Below, in pieces: positions 43,470 through 53,926 of a DNA stretch of 64,000 bases. This stretch comes from a virus. Positions within the stretch are counted from its first letter, which is position 1. Each line of letters begins with the position of its first letter. Position numbers and translations under genes: made by a program. Below the pieces are notes generated by a model. It had not been told where the DNA came from, ran no database searches, and saw only the letters and a program-made list of their open reading frames with translations. The DNA lies in the IMG/VR virus record IMGVR_UViG_3300020456_000005; one strand, given 5' to 3'.

Positions 43470-46400
43470 ATGCCCCAAAAGACTAACCTGAACGTAGCAC
43501 CGTTCTACGACGATTTTGACCAGGACAAAAATTTCTACAAAGTTTTATTCCGTCCTGGGTACTCTATTCAGGCGAGGGAATTAACTCAGTTACAATCTAT
43601 TTTACAAAATCAGATTGAACAGTTTGGTAAGTACGCTTTCAAACAAGGCGAACTTGTTATTCCTGGTGAGGTGGGTTTAAACACCAAACTTAATTTTGTT
43701 AAATTATCATCTGTATCAGAAATTCCTGTCAATCAAGACGGTCAAATCGTATACAAGAAATACGACGTAAGCGGTCTTAAAGATCAAACACTTAGAGGAT
43801 TAACCTCTGGTGTAGTTGCAACTGTTGTGGAAGCATATACGGCGTCTGAGACTGCTTCTGATGTAATATATGTCAACTATACTAATAGTGGTGATGCAGG
43901 AAACGAAGAGACTTTTAGACAAGGTGAAACCCTAGAAGTAGTAGACGGGGTTAATGCACCTTTATTAGTTGTTGGAACTGATGGAAGTGTTCTTCCAACT
44001 AGTATTGAAGTTACCAATCCAGACACTTTTGAAACTACATCTCTAGAAAGTCCCGCTATGGGATATGCTTCTGCTGTAAAAGTAGAAGAAGGAATTTATT
44101 TTGTCAATGGTTATTTTGTTAAGAACGATTCTCAATTACTAGTCATTGATCGTTATTATAATAAACCATCTGCAAAAATTGGTTTTAAGATTACTGAAGA
44201 CATCTCAACTCCTGAAGAAGATGAGTCTTTATATGATAATGCTATCGGGTCTAATAATTATACTGCTCCTGGTGCCCATAGATTACAGATTAAGTTAAAT
44301 CTAGTAAATTATTCTTTATCTCAGATTACAGATAAGAATTTTATTCAACTTTTAGCAGTTCGTCTAGGATCTGTACAAAGTATTGTATCTCAAACTGATT
44401 ATAACTTATTAGAGCAGACTCTTGCAAGAAGAACATATGATGAGTCTGGAGATTATGTAGTTGATAATTTCTCATTAGATGTTCGTGAATATTATCAGGA
44501 AGGTGGTAATCTAGGTGTTTATGGTCAAGATGAATTTGGTTTAGTTAATGGTCTTGAGTTACAATCAGCAAAAGAAAAGTTAGTTGCTAGTATTGGACCA
44601 GGAAAAGCATATATTAAAGGATATGAAATTGTCAATAAAGAGACAAAGTATATTACTGTTAATAAAGCAAGAGAAACTTTAAACAGAGACGATATCAGAC
44701 TTAAGACTAAAGGTCTTCCTACTTACAAAGTAACTAATACATTTGGAACAATTCCATTAAATGCTGAGGGTTCTGAATTAACTGCATATCCTAATGTATT
44801 CCTTTGTAGTAATTTTAATGACGGAAGTATTGGTTTAAACAATACTGAAGATGATAATGATTCAAAACAAACTTTAAGTCGCCGCGGCCAGTTCTTTGAT
44901 GTAAATTCTGGTATTAAAACCATTTATATCAATGTTGATACATTCTATGCAAATACATTCTCAACTCTATCTGATGCTAATTTTGAATCAGTTTTGGGAA
45001 CTTTATGGTTTGTTCAGACTAGAACTGATATCGGAGAACCATCTGTAGTTAATTCTGTAAAATCATTAGCATTTTCAAAAGTTAATAGAATTGAAGTAAA
45101 CACAAGTTCAGGTGTAACATTCCTTGAACTTACTATTACTGGAAGAAAGGATTATCTAGATTCATACTTCTTAGAGTATGATACATCTTCTGGATCAAAA
45201 TACAGAGAGCTTTACTTATCTGAGAATGATGCCATTAATGGTAATACTCCTTTTGGTACAATTGTTGATTATAACGAAACGATTACCCCTGTAATTGGTC
45301 TTGCTAAACCAAGTAATTTTACATTACTTGAAAGAGGAAGTGGATTTAATGAAGATTCTGATTCTGTAATTTCTAAAGGTAGATTGGAGAATGGAAGTGC
45401 TGTATATAATACGACATTTGGGTTATCTTATTTTGACCCACAATTCTTCACTAAGATTCTTCTTGATGATGTTATTATCGCAGACGGTAGATTTGCATCT
45501 GGTAAGTATGTCTATGGTTTAGAAAGTGGTGCCTATGGAGTTGTAGAAGGTCCATCTGATGGAATGTTTACCACAAATAAAATTTTGATGGTAAAAACTC
45601 TTTTTGGTAACTTTAAGTCAGGTGAAACTATTAGAGACGAAGACAACTTCTCAGTTAGAGTTGCAAAAGATAATACAATTTCTCACTTTGTTGTTAACAA
45701 TAGAGGTTCTAATTATGTTGACGGTTCAAAGTTAAGAATTGATGGAGTTGAATACGATACTTCTAAGGTAGATTTAAATATTGCTAGTGGTTCTATTATC
45801 AGTGCCACAGTTTCTAATAGAGAATTATTTAATCAAGAATATGCAAAACCTCCTGTTATTACAGTAGTTCAAGGTTCTGGAGGTGGTAATCCAAATGCAG
45901 CTGTTATTACACCTATTCTTGTTAGAAATTCTGTAGTTACATACACACCACAAAATGTTAAGTCATTCTTCTGTCAGTATGGATCTGGAAATGCTAATAA
46001 ATTTACTTCTGACGTAGAATTTAATAAGGAAAAATTTGCAGAAGTTACATCAATTACAGATTTCACTTTTAGTGGAGATCAAGGAAGAAAGTATATTGAG
46101 TGTAATGGATTTGGTGGAGATGCAACTAAGTTTGTTCAGCAAGGAGATTTAATTCAATTTGCTGATGAAGATTCAACGATTGTAAGAGCAATTGTACAAT
46201 ACTCCACAAAACCAGAAGGTGTTTCTAAGTCAAGAATTTATCTTGATAGATCTTTACCAAAAGGTGTAAGTAATGGTAGTGTTGTAAGGGTTCGTCCTTC
46301 TATTTCAAACTTTAATCAGGGAACATTACTTTATAAAACTGGTTCTAGTCAAGTAAGTTCTATTGTTGCAGATAGCGAAGATTCAAAAATTGCTTATTAT

Positions 46401-49400
46401 CTAAGAAGAGATTTTGTTGCAACTGGAGTTGGTGGAGCGGGTGCCATTACATTTGCAGCTCAACTTCCATTCGGAACACAAAGATTCGTTTCTTTCTCTG
46501 AAAGTAATTTTCTTGTCACAATTCTAGATCCTGGCGATGCTCCAGATGTTGTAGAAGGTGATATTGTTTATATCACAGCAGATCAAGTATCAATTAAAGC
46601 TTCAACAGATTCTGCTAGTGGATTAACTTCAGGTAGTGTTACGTTGAATCTACCATCAACATATTTTGGAACTATTCCTACTGGTGGTCAATATCCAACA
46701 CTAAAACTAACATCTACTTTAGAAGTAACTAAGGCAAAACCAAGATTAAAAACAGCAGTAGTCAATAAGAGAATTGTTATTGACTCTCCTGGAGATATGA
46801 TAATTCCTCTCAGAGGTAGTGATTATGATTCTGAAAGTCTTACAGTTTATAGTTATGCTGATGTATACAAACTAAGATATGTTTATGAAGGTTCTTCTTC
46901 AGAACCTCCTGTTGTTGACAGAAATGGAAATCTTGTTAGTGGAATAGATGTAACTAATAGATTTACATTTGATGATGGTCAAAGAGATACTGTTTACGAT
47001 CTTTCACGTATTGTTTTAAAACCAGGATTTGAATCTCCAGCTGGACAATTAGTAATTGCATTTGATTATTTTGAACATACTAAAGGAGATTTCTGTACAG
47101 TTGATTCTTATCTACATGAAGCTGGTGTAGGACAAGAAGAAATTCCATCATTCAACTCACCAACATTAGGTAAAATTTCTTTAAAAGACGTTCTTGATTA
47201 TAGACCAAAGGTAGATAACGATTCTATTATTTCTGGTTTCCAAGATAATGCTTTATTATCTGCTGCCAATACTAGATCTTTCACTGGAACTGGTGGTGTT
47301 ATTACAAGTACTCCTGCTCCAGATTCAAATTTAGAATTTACATTCTCATTTACTCAAACTCAATACCTTGATAGAATTGATGCTCTTTTCTTAGATAAGA
47401 AAGGACAATTTATTATCAAAGAAGGTAATTCTTCTCTTAACCCAACAAGACCTGATCTAATCAGTGATGCAGTACCTTTGTACTACATGTATGTTCCTGC
47501 ATTTACTCAAAGTAGTAAAGATGTAAGAATTACTCCTGTTGACAATCGTCGTTACACAATGCGCGACATTGGCAAGTTGGAGAAACGTATTGAGCGTCTT
47601 GAATATTACACATTGTTAAGTGTTCTAGAGCAACAGGCATTAAACATGCAAATCATTGACTCTTCTGGTGTCAATAGATTTAAGAGCGGTTTCATTGTGG
47701 ACAATTTTGAGACACATAAGATTGGTTCTTTAAGATCGCTTGATTACAAGTGCTCTATTGATACTCAGCAGTCTGTAATGAGACCTCAATCAAAAGAAGA
47801 TTCATTCTCTTTAGTTGAAGTTAATCAAAGAAATGATCAGAGATCTATTTCTGGTTATGTTAAGAATGGTGATCGTGTTACTTTACCATTTACAGAAACA
47901 AAATTACTAGGTAATGAATCTGCTACAAAAACTATTAATCCAAATCCATTTGTTGTTCTCCAATATGTTGGTGATGCATTTATTGGACCTAATGTAGATT
48001 CTTGGTATGATACTAGTGTAGCACCATTGGTAAATGATAACAATACAAATTTATATTCAATTTTCTTAGCTAAGAATGAGTTGAGAGATGCATTCTCAAG
48101 CATTTACAATTCATATAAAGTTAATTGGTTAGGTGCTAGCAGATCATTCTTTAATATTAATTCTTTTGCAAACGTTAATAGTAATATCTCAGATTCTTCT
48201 GTAACTACTGCTTCAGTTGGAAGTTCTTCTAATATTAGTCCAGAAAATAATGAGATCGGAAAAGGTATTTCTACTAAAGGTGTAGGAAGTAATGTGGTAT
48301 CTACTTCGCTATCATTCTTTGCTAGAAGCATTGTAGTTAAATTTAATATCAATAGGTTAAAACCAAATACAAATATCTCAGTCTTCATGGAAGGTAGAGA
48401 TATTGCTAGATGGGTAAATCCTGATTTCAGATATACTGGTATTGCAGGTAATTCACTATCATCTTTTAATAGTCAAGTTAAGACTGATGATAATGGTAAT
48501 GCTAGTGGTATTATTCTAGTTCCAGCTGGTCTTCCACCTAGAGAAAATGCAACATGGACTGGTGATATCAATACTGTTGTATATGACGAAGATGCAGATG
48601 AGATGAGATTTACAACTGGTGTAAAAACTATCAGATTTACATCCAGTGCTACTGATGCACCAAAAGATGAAGTTGATTCATATGCAGAAGTTAAGTTCTA
48701 TGCAACTGGACTTCTCCCTGAAAATCCATCTTCTATTGTATCAACTACACCAGCATTCTTTAAATCAAATGAAGGAATTCAAACTACTGATAGTAATACT
48801 GAAAATCCAATTAAACCAAATCCATTAGCACAAACATTTACTGTAGAAGGATTTGATGGCGGTGTATTTGTAACCAGTGTAGATCTATTCTTCTCTAAGA
48901 AGAGTAGTACAATTCCATTGAGAGTATATCTAACTGATATTCAAAGTGGTAAACCAGGTAAAAATATTATTCCAGGAACTCAAAAGATTCTAAGTCCTGA
49001 AACTTATTTGAGAGTAGTTGCTAGTGAAACTTTAACTATTACTAGAGATGAAAAAGTAACTGGTTCTAAATCTAATGCATCTGGTCCTATTTCAAAAGTA
49101 ATTGATAAGAATAATACAGAAGTTACTCCTTCAACAACAGGAGTATTTACTTTAACTAATGATCAGGTTTATACATTAGTTCTAAGTAATCATAATGGTA
49201 AATCATTCGTTCAAGATGAAAATCTTTCAATTCCATCTTTGACAGAATCTAACAATACAAATAACACAACATCAACTTTAAAAATTGCTAAAGATTCGGG
49301 AAGAGTTACTGATCTAAGAGTTAAGAACACTGGTTCTGATTATGATTCAGCAATTCTAACTATTGAAAGTCCACAACTACCAGGTGGTGGTAATTCAACT

Positions 49401-51587
49401 GCTACTGTAAGAGTTTCTGGTGGTAAAATTTACCACACTGAAATTGTACTTTCTGGATCTGAATATACAGAACCCCCTGCAGTTATTATTAATGGTACTG
49501 GAACTGGTAATGCTGGAGCTGAAATTGAGTCGTTTATTACAATTGACAGTCCTGCTGTTCGTATGGGTATTGCCATTGATGAAGATGGTGTAACTCAGTC
49601 AACTGTTGCAACTAATTTTAAATTTGATTATCCAATTTACTTAGAATCTGATACCGAATATTCTATAGTAGTAGAAACCGATTCAATTGATTATTTAATA
49701 TGGGCATCTAAATTAGGTGAAACTGATATTGCTACTAGTACTACTGTTACTACTCAACCAGCATTAGGATCTCTATTTAAATCTCAGAATACAAATAATT
49801 GGACAGAAGATTTGTTTGAGGATGTTAAGTTCAAACTAAATCGTGCTGAGTTTGATACTAGCAGAACTGCATCTTTACTATTAACAAATAGTGACTTGGG
49901 ATATGAAAAACTAGATCTAAACAGTATTGAAACTAATGCAGAATCAAATACTTCTGCTACTTCAAGTCTGTTTAAAAATAACAACTTTATTATTAAAGTA
50001 AATCATTCTGATAATGGATTTGATTCTGATAAAAAATCATATGTATTCTTCAAGAATTGTTTGGATGTTGGTGGAGTTGCTGCATCACAACTTAATAGTA
50101 GATTATATCAAGTAAGTAATACTGGTATAGATTACTATAACATTGTTTCTAGTAGCAGAGCTTCTTCAAATTCATTTGGTGGAGGAAGTTCTATTCTAGC
50201 ATCATACAATAGAAAATTTGAAAAACTACATGCAATAGTTCCTTACTTATCTTTTGGATCTACTGATGTTAAGAGTTTCATTCAAACAACCAATGTCTCA
50301 CCTGTAGACGATAACGTTAATACATTTACATCATATAGTCAAACTGGATATGAAAAAACATTTTTAAATGAAGATGTATTCTTTATCAATCAAAAGATGA
50401 TTGCATCCAGAGTGAATGAAATTATTAATAATCTAGATAGATCTTTAACATATAAATTAGATTTCTCTAGTTCATCAACACACCTATCTCCAATTGTAGA
50501 TTTATCTCGTGCTACTGTTAAGACTATTACTAATAGAGTAGAGAATGCAACTGGTTCAGAAGATAGATTTGGTAGAAGAAAGCAAATCCTAGAATTCTAT
50601 CCTGTATATAATTTCATTGTTTCTGGAATTGATACTACATCAGAAGTAATTCAATCTGGTCAAACTATTGCTGGATCAACAACTAATGCTTCAGGTGAGA
50701 TTATTAAAGTTGTAGGTACTGCAGTATTTGTTAAGTTAAAAACTACTAATGCATTTACTCCTGGTGAGCAAGTATCTTTCTCAAATCAAACTTTTGCTGG
50801 AACTACTACCGTAGCTCTTACAGGTGCTTCTAAAGTTGTATTCCAAATTCCTAATATAACCGTTCCACCAACATATGTAACAGCAAGAAACCCATCTGTT
50901 CTTGCACAAACATATGATAATAAAATTACTGGTAAAATTGTTTTGTGGAATCAAAAGTCTAGTGAGTTGACTTTGATTAATGATAAGCAACCACTTTCTG
51001 ATGACTATACTGGTGCAATTGTTGAATCTGCAGCATTTACAAGAAACGCTTCCGTTGATGCTCAGAATGAAGATATCTTTAGAGTTGGAGATATTTTATC
51101 ATATCAAGATCAACCAAGTGATGAACACAACTTTATTGAGATTTCTAGAATTACATATTCAGATGGTATTGATTATATCTCTGATAATCAATCCAAGAAT
51201 AGTTCTAGTGTTGCTAAGTATATTACTAAAGAAATCGCAATTCAGAATCCAGGAACTTCCATTGACGTTAAGACTACAGTAAATGTATCTGACATTGAAA
51301 ATATTAAAGTCCTTTACAGAATCAAAAAATCTTCTTCACAAGAGAATTTTGATGATGTTGAATGGGTATATTTTAATGAAACTGGATCTCCAGATGTAGA
51401 GGTAATTGCAACATCCGAAAATTCTATTAGTGGAATTTCAGAAAAGCAAGATTCGTATCAAGAACTATCTTATAGTGTTGAAAATCTCCCAGAATTTTCA
51501 TCATTTGCTATTAAAATTGTTATGAAATCTAATAATCCTGCTTTTGTTCCTAAGGTACAAGATTTAAGAGCGGTAGCATCTTACTAA
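43470..51587 (+). CDS. VrlC/DUF4815-like giant virion structural protein (2705 aa)
   Basis: MPQKTNLNVAPFYDDFD..VLFRPG..QARELTQLQS, LARRTYDESGDY, YTMRDIGKLEKRI, NPLAQTF. Confidence 0.85.
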   Translation: MPQKTNLNVAPFYDDFDQDKNFYKVLFRPGYSIQARELTQLQSILQNQIEQFGKYAFKQGELVIPGEVGLNTKLNFVKLSSVSEIPVNQDGQIVYKKYDVSGLKDQTLRGLTSGVVATVVEAYTASETASDVIYVNYTNSGDAGNEETFRQGETLEVVDGVNAPLLVVGTDGSVLPTSIEVTNPDTFETTSLESPAMGYASAVKVEEGIYFVNGYFVKNDSQLLVIDRYYNKPSAKIGFKITEDISTPEEDESLYDNAIGSNNYTAPGAHRLQIKLNLVNYSLSQITDKNFIQLLAVRLGSVQSIVSQTDYNLLEQTLARRTYDESGDYVVDNFSLDVREYYQEGGNLGVYGQDEFGLVNGLELQSAKEKLVASIGPGKAYIKGYEIVNKETKYITVNKARETLNRDDIRLKTKGLPTYKVTNTFGTIPLNAEGSELTAYPNVFLCSNFNDGSIGLNNTEDDNDSKQTLSRRGQFFDVNSGIKTIYINVDTFYANTFSTLSDANFESVLGTLWFVQTRTDIGEPSVVNSVKSLAFSKVNRIEVNTSSGVTFLELTITGRKDYLDSYFLEYDTSSGSKYRELYLSENDAINGNTPFGTIVDYNETITPVIGLAKPSNFTLLERGSGFNEDSDSVISKGRLENGSAVYNTTFGLSYFDPQFFTKILLDDVIIADGRFASGKYVYGLESGAYGVVEGPSDGMFTTNKILMVKTLFGNFKSGETIRDEDNFSVRVAKDNTISHFVVNNRGSNYVDGSKLRIDGVEYDTSKVDLNIASGSIISATVSNRELFNQEYAKPPVITVVQGSGGGNPNAAVITPILVRNSVVTYTPQNVKSFFCQYGSGNANKFTSDVEFNKEKFAEVTSITDFTFSGDQGRKYIECNGFGGDATKFVQQGDLIQFADEDSTIVRAIVQYSTKPEGVSKSRIYLDRSLPKGVSNGSVVRVRPSISNFNQGTLLYKTGSSQVSSIVADSEDSKIAYYLRRDFVATGVGGAGAITFAAQLPFGTQRFVSFSESNFLVTILDPGDAPDVVEGDIVYITADQVSIKASTDSASGLTSGSVTLNLPSTYFGTIPTGGQYPTLKLTSTLEVTKAKPRLKTAVVNKRIVIDSPGDMIIPLRGSDYDSESLTVYSYADVYKLRYVYEGSSSEPPVVDRNGNLVSGIDVTNRFTFDDGQRDTVYDLSRIVLKPGFESPAGQLVIAFDYFEHTKGDFCTVDSYLHEAGVGQEEIPSFNSPTLGKISLKDVLDYRPKVDNDSIISGFQDNALLSAANTRSFTGTGGVITSTPAPDSNLEFTFSFTQTQYLDRIDALFLDKKGQFIIKEGNSSLNPTRPDLISDAVPLYYMYVPAFTQSSKDVRITPVDNRRYTMRDIGKLEKRIERLEYYTLLSVLEQQALNMQIIDSSGVNRFKSGFIVDNFETHKIGSLRSLDYKCSIDTQQSVMRPQSKEDSFSLVEVNQRNDQRSISGYVKNGDRVTLPFTETKLLGNESATKTINPNPFVVLQYVGDAFIGPNVDSWYDTSVAPLVNDNNTNLYSIFLAKNELRDAFSSIYNSYKVNWLGASRSFFNINSFANVNSNISDSSVTTASVGSSSNISPENNEIGKGISTKGVGSNVVSTSLSFFARSIVVKFNINRLKPNTNISVFMEGRDIARWVNPDFRYTGIAGNSLSSFNSQVKTDDNGNASGIILVPAGLPPRENATWTGDINTVVYDEDADEMRFTTGVKTIRFTSSATDAPKDEVDSYAEVKFYATGLLPENPSSIVSTTPAFFKSNEGIQTTDSNTENPIKPNPLAQTFTVEGFDGGVFVTSVDLFFSKKSSTIPLRVYLTDIQSGKPGKNIIPGTQKILSPETYLRVVASETLTITRDEKVTGSKSNASGPISKVIDKNNTEVTPSTTGVFTLTNDQVYTLVLSNHNGKSFVQDENLSIPSLTESNNTNNTTSTLKIAKDSGRVTDLRVKNTGSDYDSAILTIESPQLPGGGNSTATVRVSGGKIYHTEIVLSGSEYTEPPAVIINGTGTGNAGAEIESFITIDSPAVRMGIAIDEDGVTQSTVATNFKFDYPIYLESDTEYSIVVETDSIDYLIWASKLGETDIATSTTVTTQPALGSLFKSQNTNNWTEDLFEDVKFKLNRAEFDTSRTASLLLTNSDLGYEKLDLNSIETNAESNTSATSSLFKNNNFIIKVNHSDNGFDSDKKSYVFFKNCLDVGGVAASQLNSRLYQVSNTGIDYYNIVSSSRASSNSFGGGSSILASYNRKFEKLHAIVPYLSFGSTDVKSFIQTTNVSPVDDNVNTFTSYSQTGYEKTFLNEDVFFINQKMIASRVNEIINNLDRSLTYKLDFSSSSTHLSPIVDLSRATVKTITNRVENATGSEDRFGRRKQILEFYPVYNFIVSGIDTTSEVIQSGQTIAGSTTNASGEIIKVVGTAVFVKLKTTNAFTPGEQVSFSNQTFAGTTTVALTGASKVVFQIPNITVPPTYVTARNPSVLAQTYDNKITGKIVLWNQKSSELTLINDKQPLSDDYTGAIVESAAFTRNASVDAQNEDIFRVGDILSYQDQPSDEHNFIEISRITYSDGIDYISDNQSKNSSSVAKYITKEIAIQNPGTSIDVKTTVNVSDIENIKVLYRIKKSSSQENFDDVEWVYFNETGSPDVEVIATSENSISGISEKQDSYQELSYSVENLPEFSSFAIKIVMKSNNPAFVPKVQDLRAVASY

Positions 51588-51796
51588 TGAAACATATAAA
51601 AGTGAAAAACGAAGATCACCTGTATCGCGATTCTGATACAGGTGCAATCATAAATACTGACATATCATCTTTTGAAAAATATAAGAAGTCCAGAAGTAAG
51701 TTTCAAAATATGGAGCAGGAATTAGACTTTGTGAAAGGTGAGATCAGTGAAATAAAATCCTTATTGCACCAGTTGCTGAAGTCCAATGGTTCTTAG
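51587..51796 (+). CDS. Small cyanophage structural-region protein
   Basis: LYRDSDTGAIINTD plus coiled coil; contains an internal ATAAATA at 51650-56. Confidence 0.8.
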   Translation: MKHIKVKNEDHLYRDSDTGAIINTDISSFEKYKKSRSKFQNMEQELDFVKGEISEIKSLLHQLLKSNGS

Positions 51797-53921
51797 AAAC
51801 GTAGCGAAAACATTTAGTCTAGAACAGCAAAGACAAGAGATTAATTTAATCGCTGCTGATCTACATAATCTTTCTCAAGTAGCTGAGACGGATCCAGTAT
51901 TTGGAGCTTCACCTTCTTCAGGAATAACATCTCAAAAAATTGCTAACTGGGATTTAGCATATAGCTGGGGAAACCATGCTTTATCGGGATATGCAACAGA
52001 GACCTTTGTTATTAATGCATTAACTAATATAAACAATTGGGATACTGCGTACGGTTGGGGTGATCATAGTACTGCTGGATATCTAACAAGTAATGCAATT
52101 GAAGTTTCTGATTCAGAACCAACAACACCTTCTAATGGTGATTTATGGTGGAAGAGTGATACTGGTGTACTAAAAATTTATTATACTGATGTAGATACAA
52201 GTCAGTGGGTAGATGCTAGTCCCACCTCCGCATCTGCTACCAGTCCAAAAGTATTAACTGCAGATGTTCCACCACCAAATCCAGTTAATGGTGATTTATG
52301 GTGGAAGAGTGATACTGGTGTACTAAAAATTTGGTGGGTAGATTCTGATAGTGCTCAATGGGTTGATGCATCTCCTGCAGGTGGTCTTGGTGGAGGTGGA
52401 GGTGGAGGAACACCACCATCAATTTTACATGCTAATGTAGCAGCATTCCCTCCAGTAGGAACATCAGAAAGTATCTTTGCATATGCAGATGATACTGGAT
52501 CCATGTACTATTCCAACGGTGTCAGTTGGACCAGTCAGAGATTAGTAACCACAAATGATGTTACCACATCAGACTTTGCAACCTTACTGGGTGCTACGCA
52601 ATTAACATATACAATTAATGCTTTAGACCATACTGGTAGCACTACTGCAGAAAATGCTGCAAGAAAAGTAATCAGACTTAATGATTCTGGTGGTACTACA
52701 GATCAAATTGTTTTAGTCGCAGGAACTGGACTATCAATCAGTAGAACTGGAGATGAGATTGAATTAACTAATGATGTAACAAATTCTACTTACTCTATCT
52801 CTGCAGAATCTGCTACTGGTAATGCAGATTCAATATTAAGATTGACTGATAATGCTGGTGCTACTGATGATATCACATTTGCTGGTGCAGATGGATTAAC
52901 AGTAGAACGAACTGATGCTAATACAATTACGTTCAGAGCACCTTCTGGTGGTAGTGGTGGAACATATACGGCAGAAGACGCTCAAGATGCTGCGTCTCAG
53001 TTATTTGTTAATGGAACTCATACTGGAATTTCTTTCACATATAATGACGCCAACAACACTATTGATGCAACCGTAACAGGTGGTGGAGGTGGAGGAACCA
53101 CATACGATTTACTTGGTTCAAACACTACTAGTAATAATGCAATTTTAACATTGCGTGATGCTAACAACAATGATGATAGCATTGAATTTATAGGAAGTAA
53201 CGGAACTGATATTGCTTGGGATAGTGTTAACAATAGAATTACGATCAATAGCACTGCACCTGTTCAACCTGACTGGGATGCTACATCAGGTCTCGGTGAG
53301 ATTTTAAATAAACCAACAATTCCTTCAGCATATACATTACCTGTTGCTACAACATCAACTTTAGGCGGTGTCATTCCAGACGGCACTACTATTACAATAG
53401 ATGCTAACGGTAATATTGCTGCAGCTGCGGGTGGATATGTTTTACCTACAGCAAGTGCTACTGTTCTGGGTGGTATTAAAATTGGTAGTGGATTGTCTAT
53501 TGATGGCAACGGTGTAGTCAATGCTACAGGTGGATCAACCGTACCACAGATTCAAGATCTTACTGGAACTACAGGTTCAGTTGCTGATAATAACACCACA
53601 GAACTAAATATTACAGGTTACAAAGCCTACGCATTGTTTAAAATTACAGTTGATACTGAAGCATGGGTAAGAGTATATGTGGATGATGCATCTAGAGATG
53701 CAGATTTAACACGTAGTGAAGGTCAAGATCCTAATCCAGGCAGCGGTGTTATTGCTGAAGTAAGAACTAGTGGAGCAGAATCTATTCTAACCTCTCCTGG
53801 TATTATGGGATTTAACAATGACAATCCTAGAACAGATAACATTTATCTTTCCGTCACTAATAGAAGTGGCAATCCTACCCCAATCACAGTCACTCTAACG
53901 GCACTACAAATCGGAGAATAA
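51786..53921 (+). CDS. Virion fibre/structural protein
   Basis: LRNVAKTFSLEQQRQEIN N-terminus, duplicated P..GDLWW..WVDASP module, YTLP.A...LGG repeats. Confidence 0.75.
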   Translation: MVLRNVAKTFSLEQQRQEINLIAADLHNLSQVAETDPVFGASPSSGITSQKIANWDLAYSWGNHALSGYATETFVINALTNINNWDTAYGWGDHSTAGYLTSNAIEVSDSEPTTPSNGDLWWKSDTGVLKIYYTDVDTSQWVDASPTSASATSPKVLTADVPPPNPVNGDLWWKSDTGVLKIWWVDSDSAQWVDASPAGGLGGGGGGGTPPSILHANVAAFPPVGTSESIFAYADDTGSMYYSNGVSWTSQRLVTTNDVTTSDFATLLGATQLTYTINALDHTGSTTAENAARKVIRLNDSGGTTDQIVLVAGTGLSISRTGDEIELTNDVTNSTYSISAESATGNADSILRLTDNAGATDDITFAGADGLTVERTDANTITFRAPSGGSGGTYTAEDAQDAASQLFVNGTHTGISFTYNDANNTIDATVTGGGGGGTTYDLLGSNTTSNNAILTLRDANNNDDSIEFIGSNGTDIAWDSVNNRITINSTAPVQPDWDATSGLGEILNKPTIPSAYTLPVATTSTLGGVIPDGTTITIDANGNIAAAAGGYVLPTASATVLGGIKIGSGLSIDGNGVVNATGGSTVPQIQDLTGTTGSVADNNTTELNITGYKAYALFKITVDTEAWVRVYVDDASRDADLTRSEGQDPNPGSGVIAEVRTSGAESILTSPGIMGFNNDNPRTDNIYLSVTNRSGNPTPITVTLTALQIGE
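52133..52332 (+). repeat. 47-bp identical direct repeat
   Basis: TAATGGTGATTTATGGTGGAAGAGTGATACTGGTGTACTAAAAATTT at 52133-79 and 52286-332. Confidence 0.9.
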
Positions 53922-53926
53922 TTAAC

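Noticed and set aside
52133-52332. Direct repeat as a DGR template/variable-region pair
   Set aside because: The copies are identical with no adenine-specific differences, both lie in frame in one gene, and no reverse transcriptase is present in the window.
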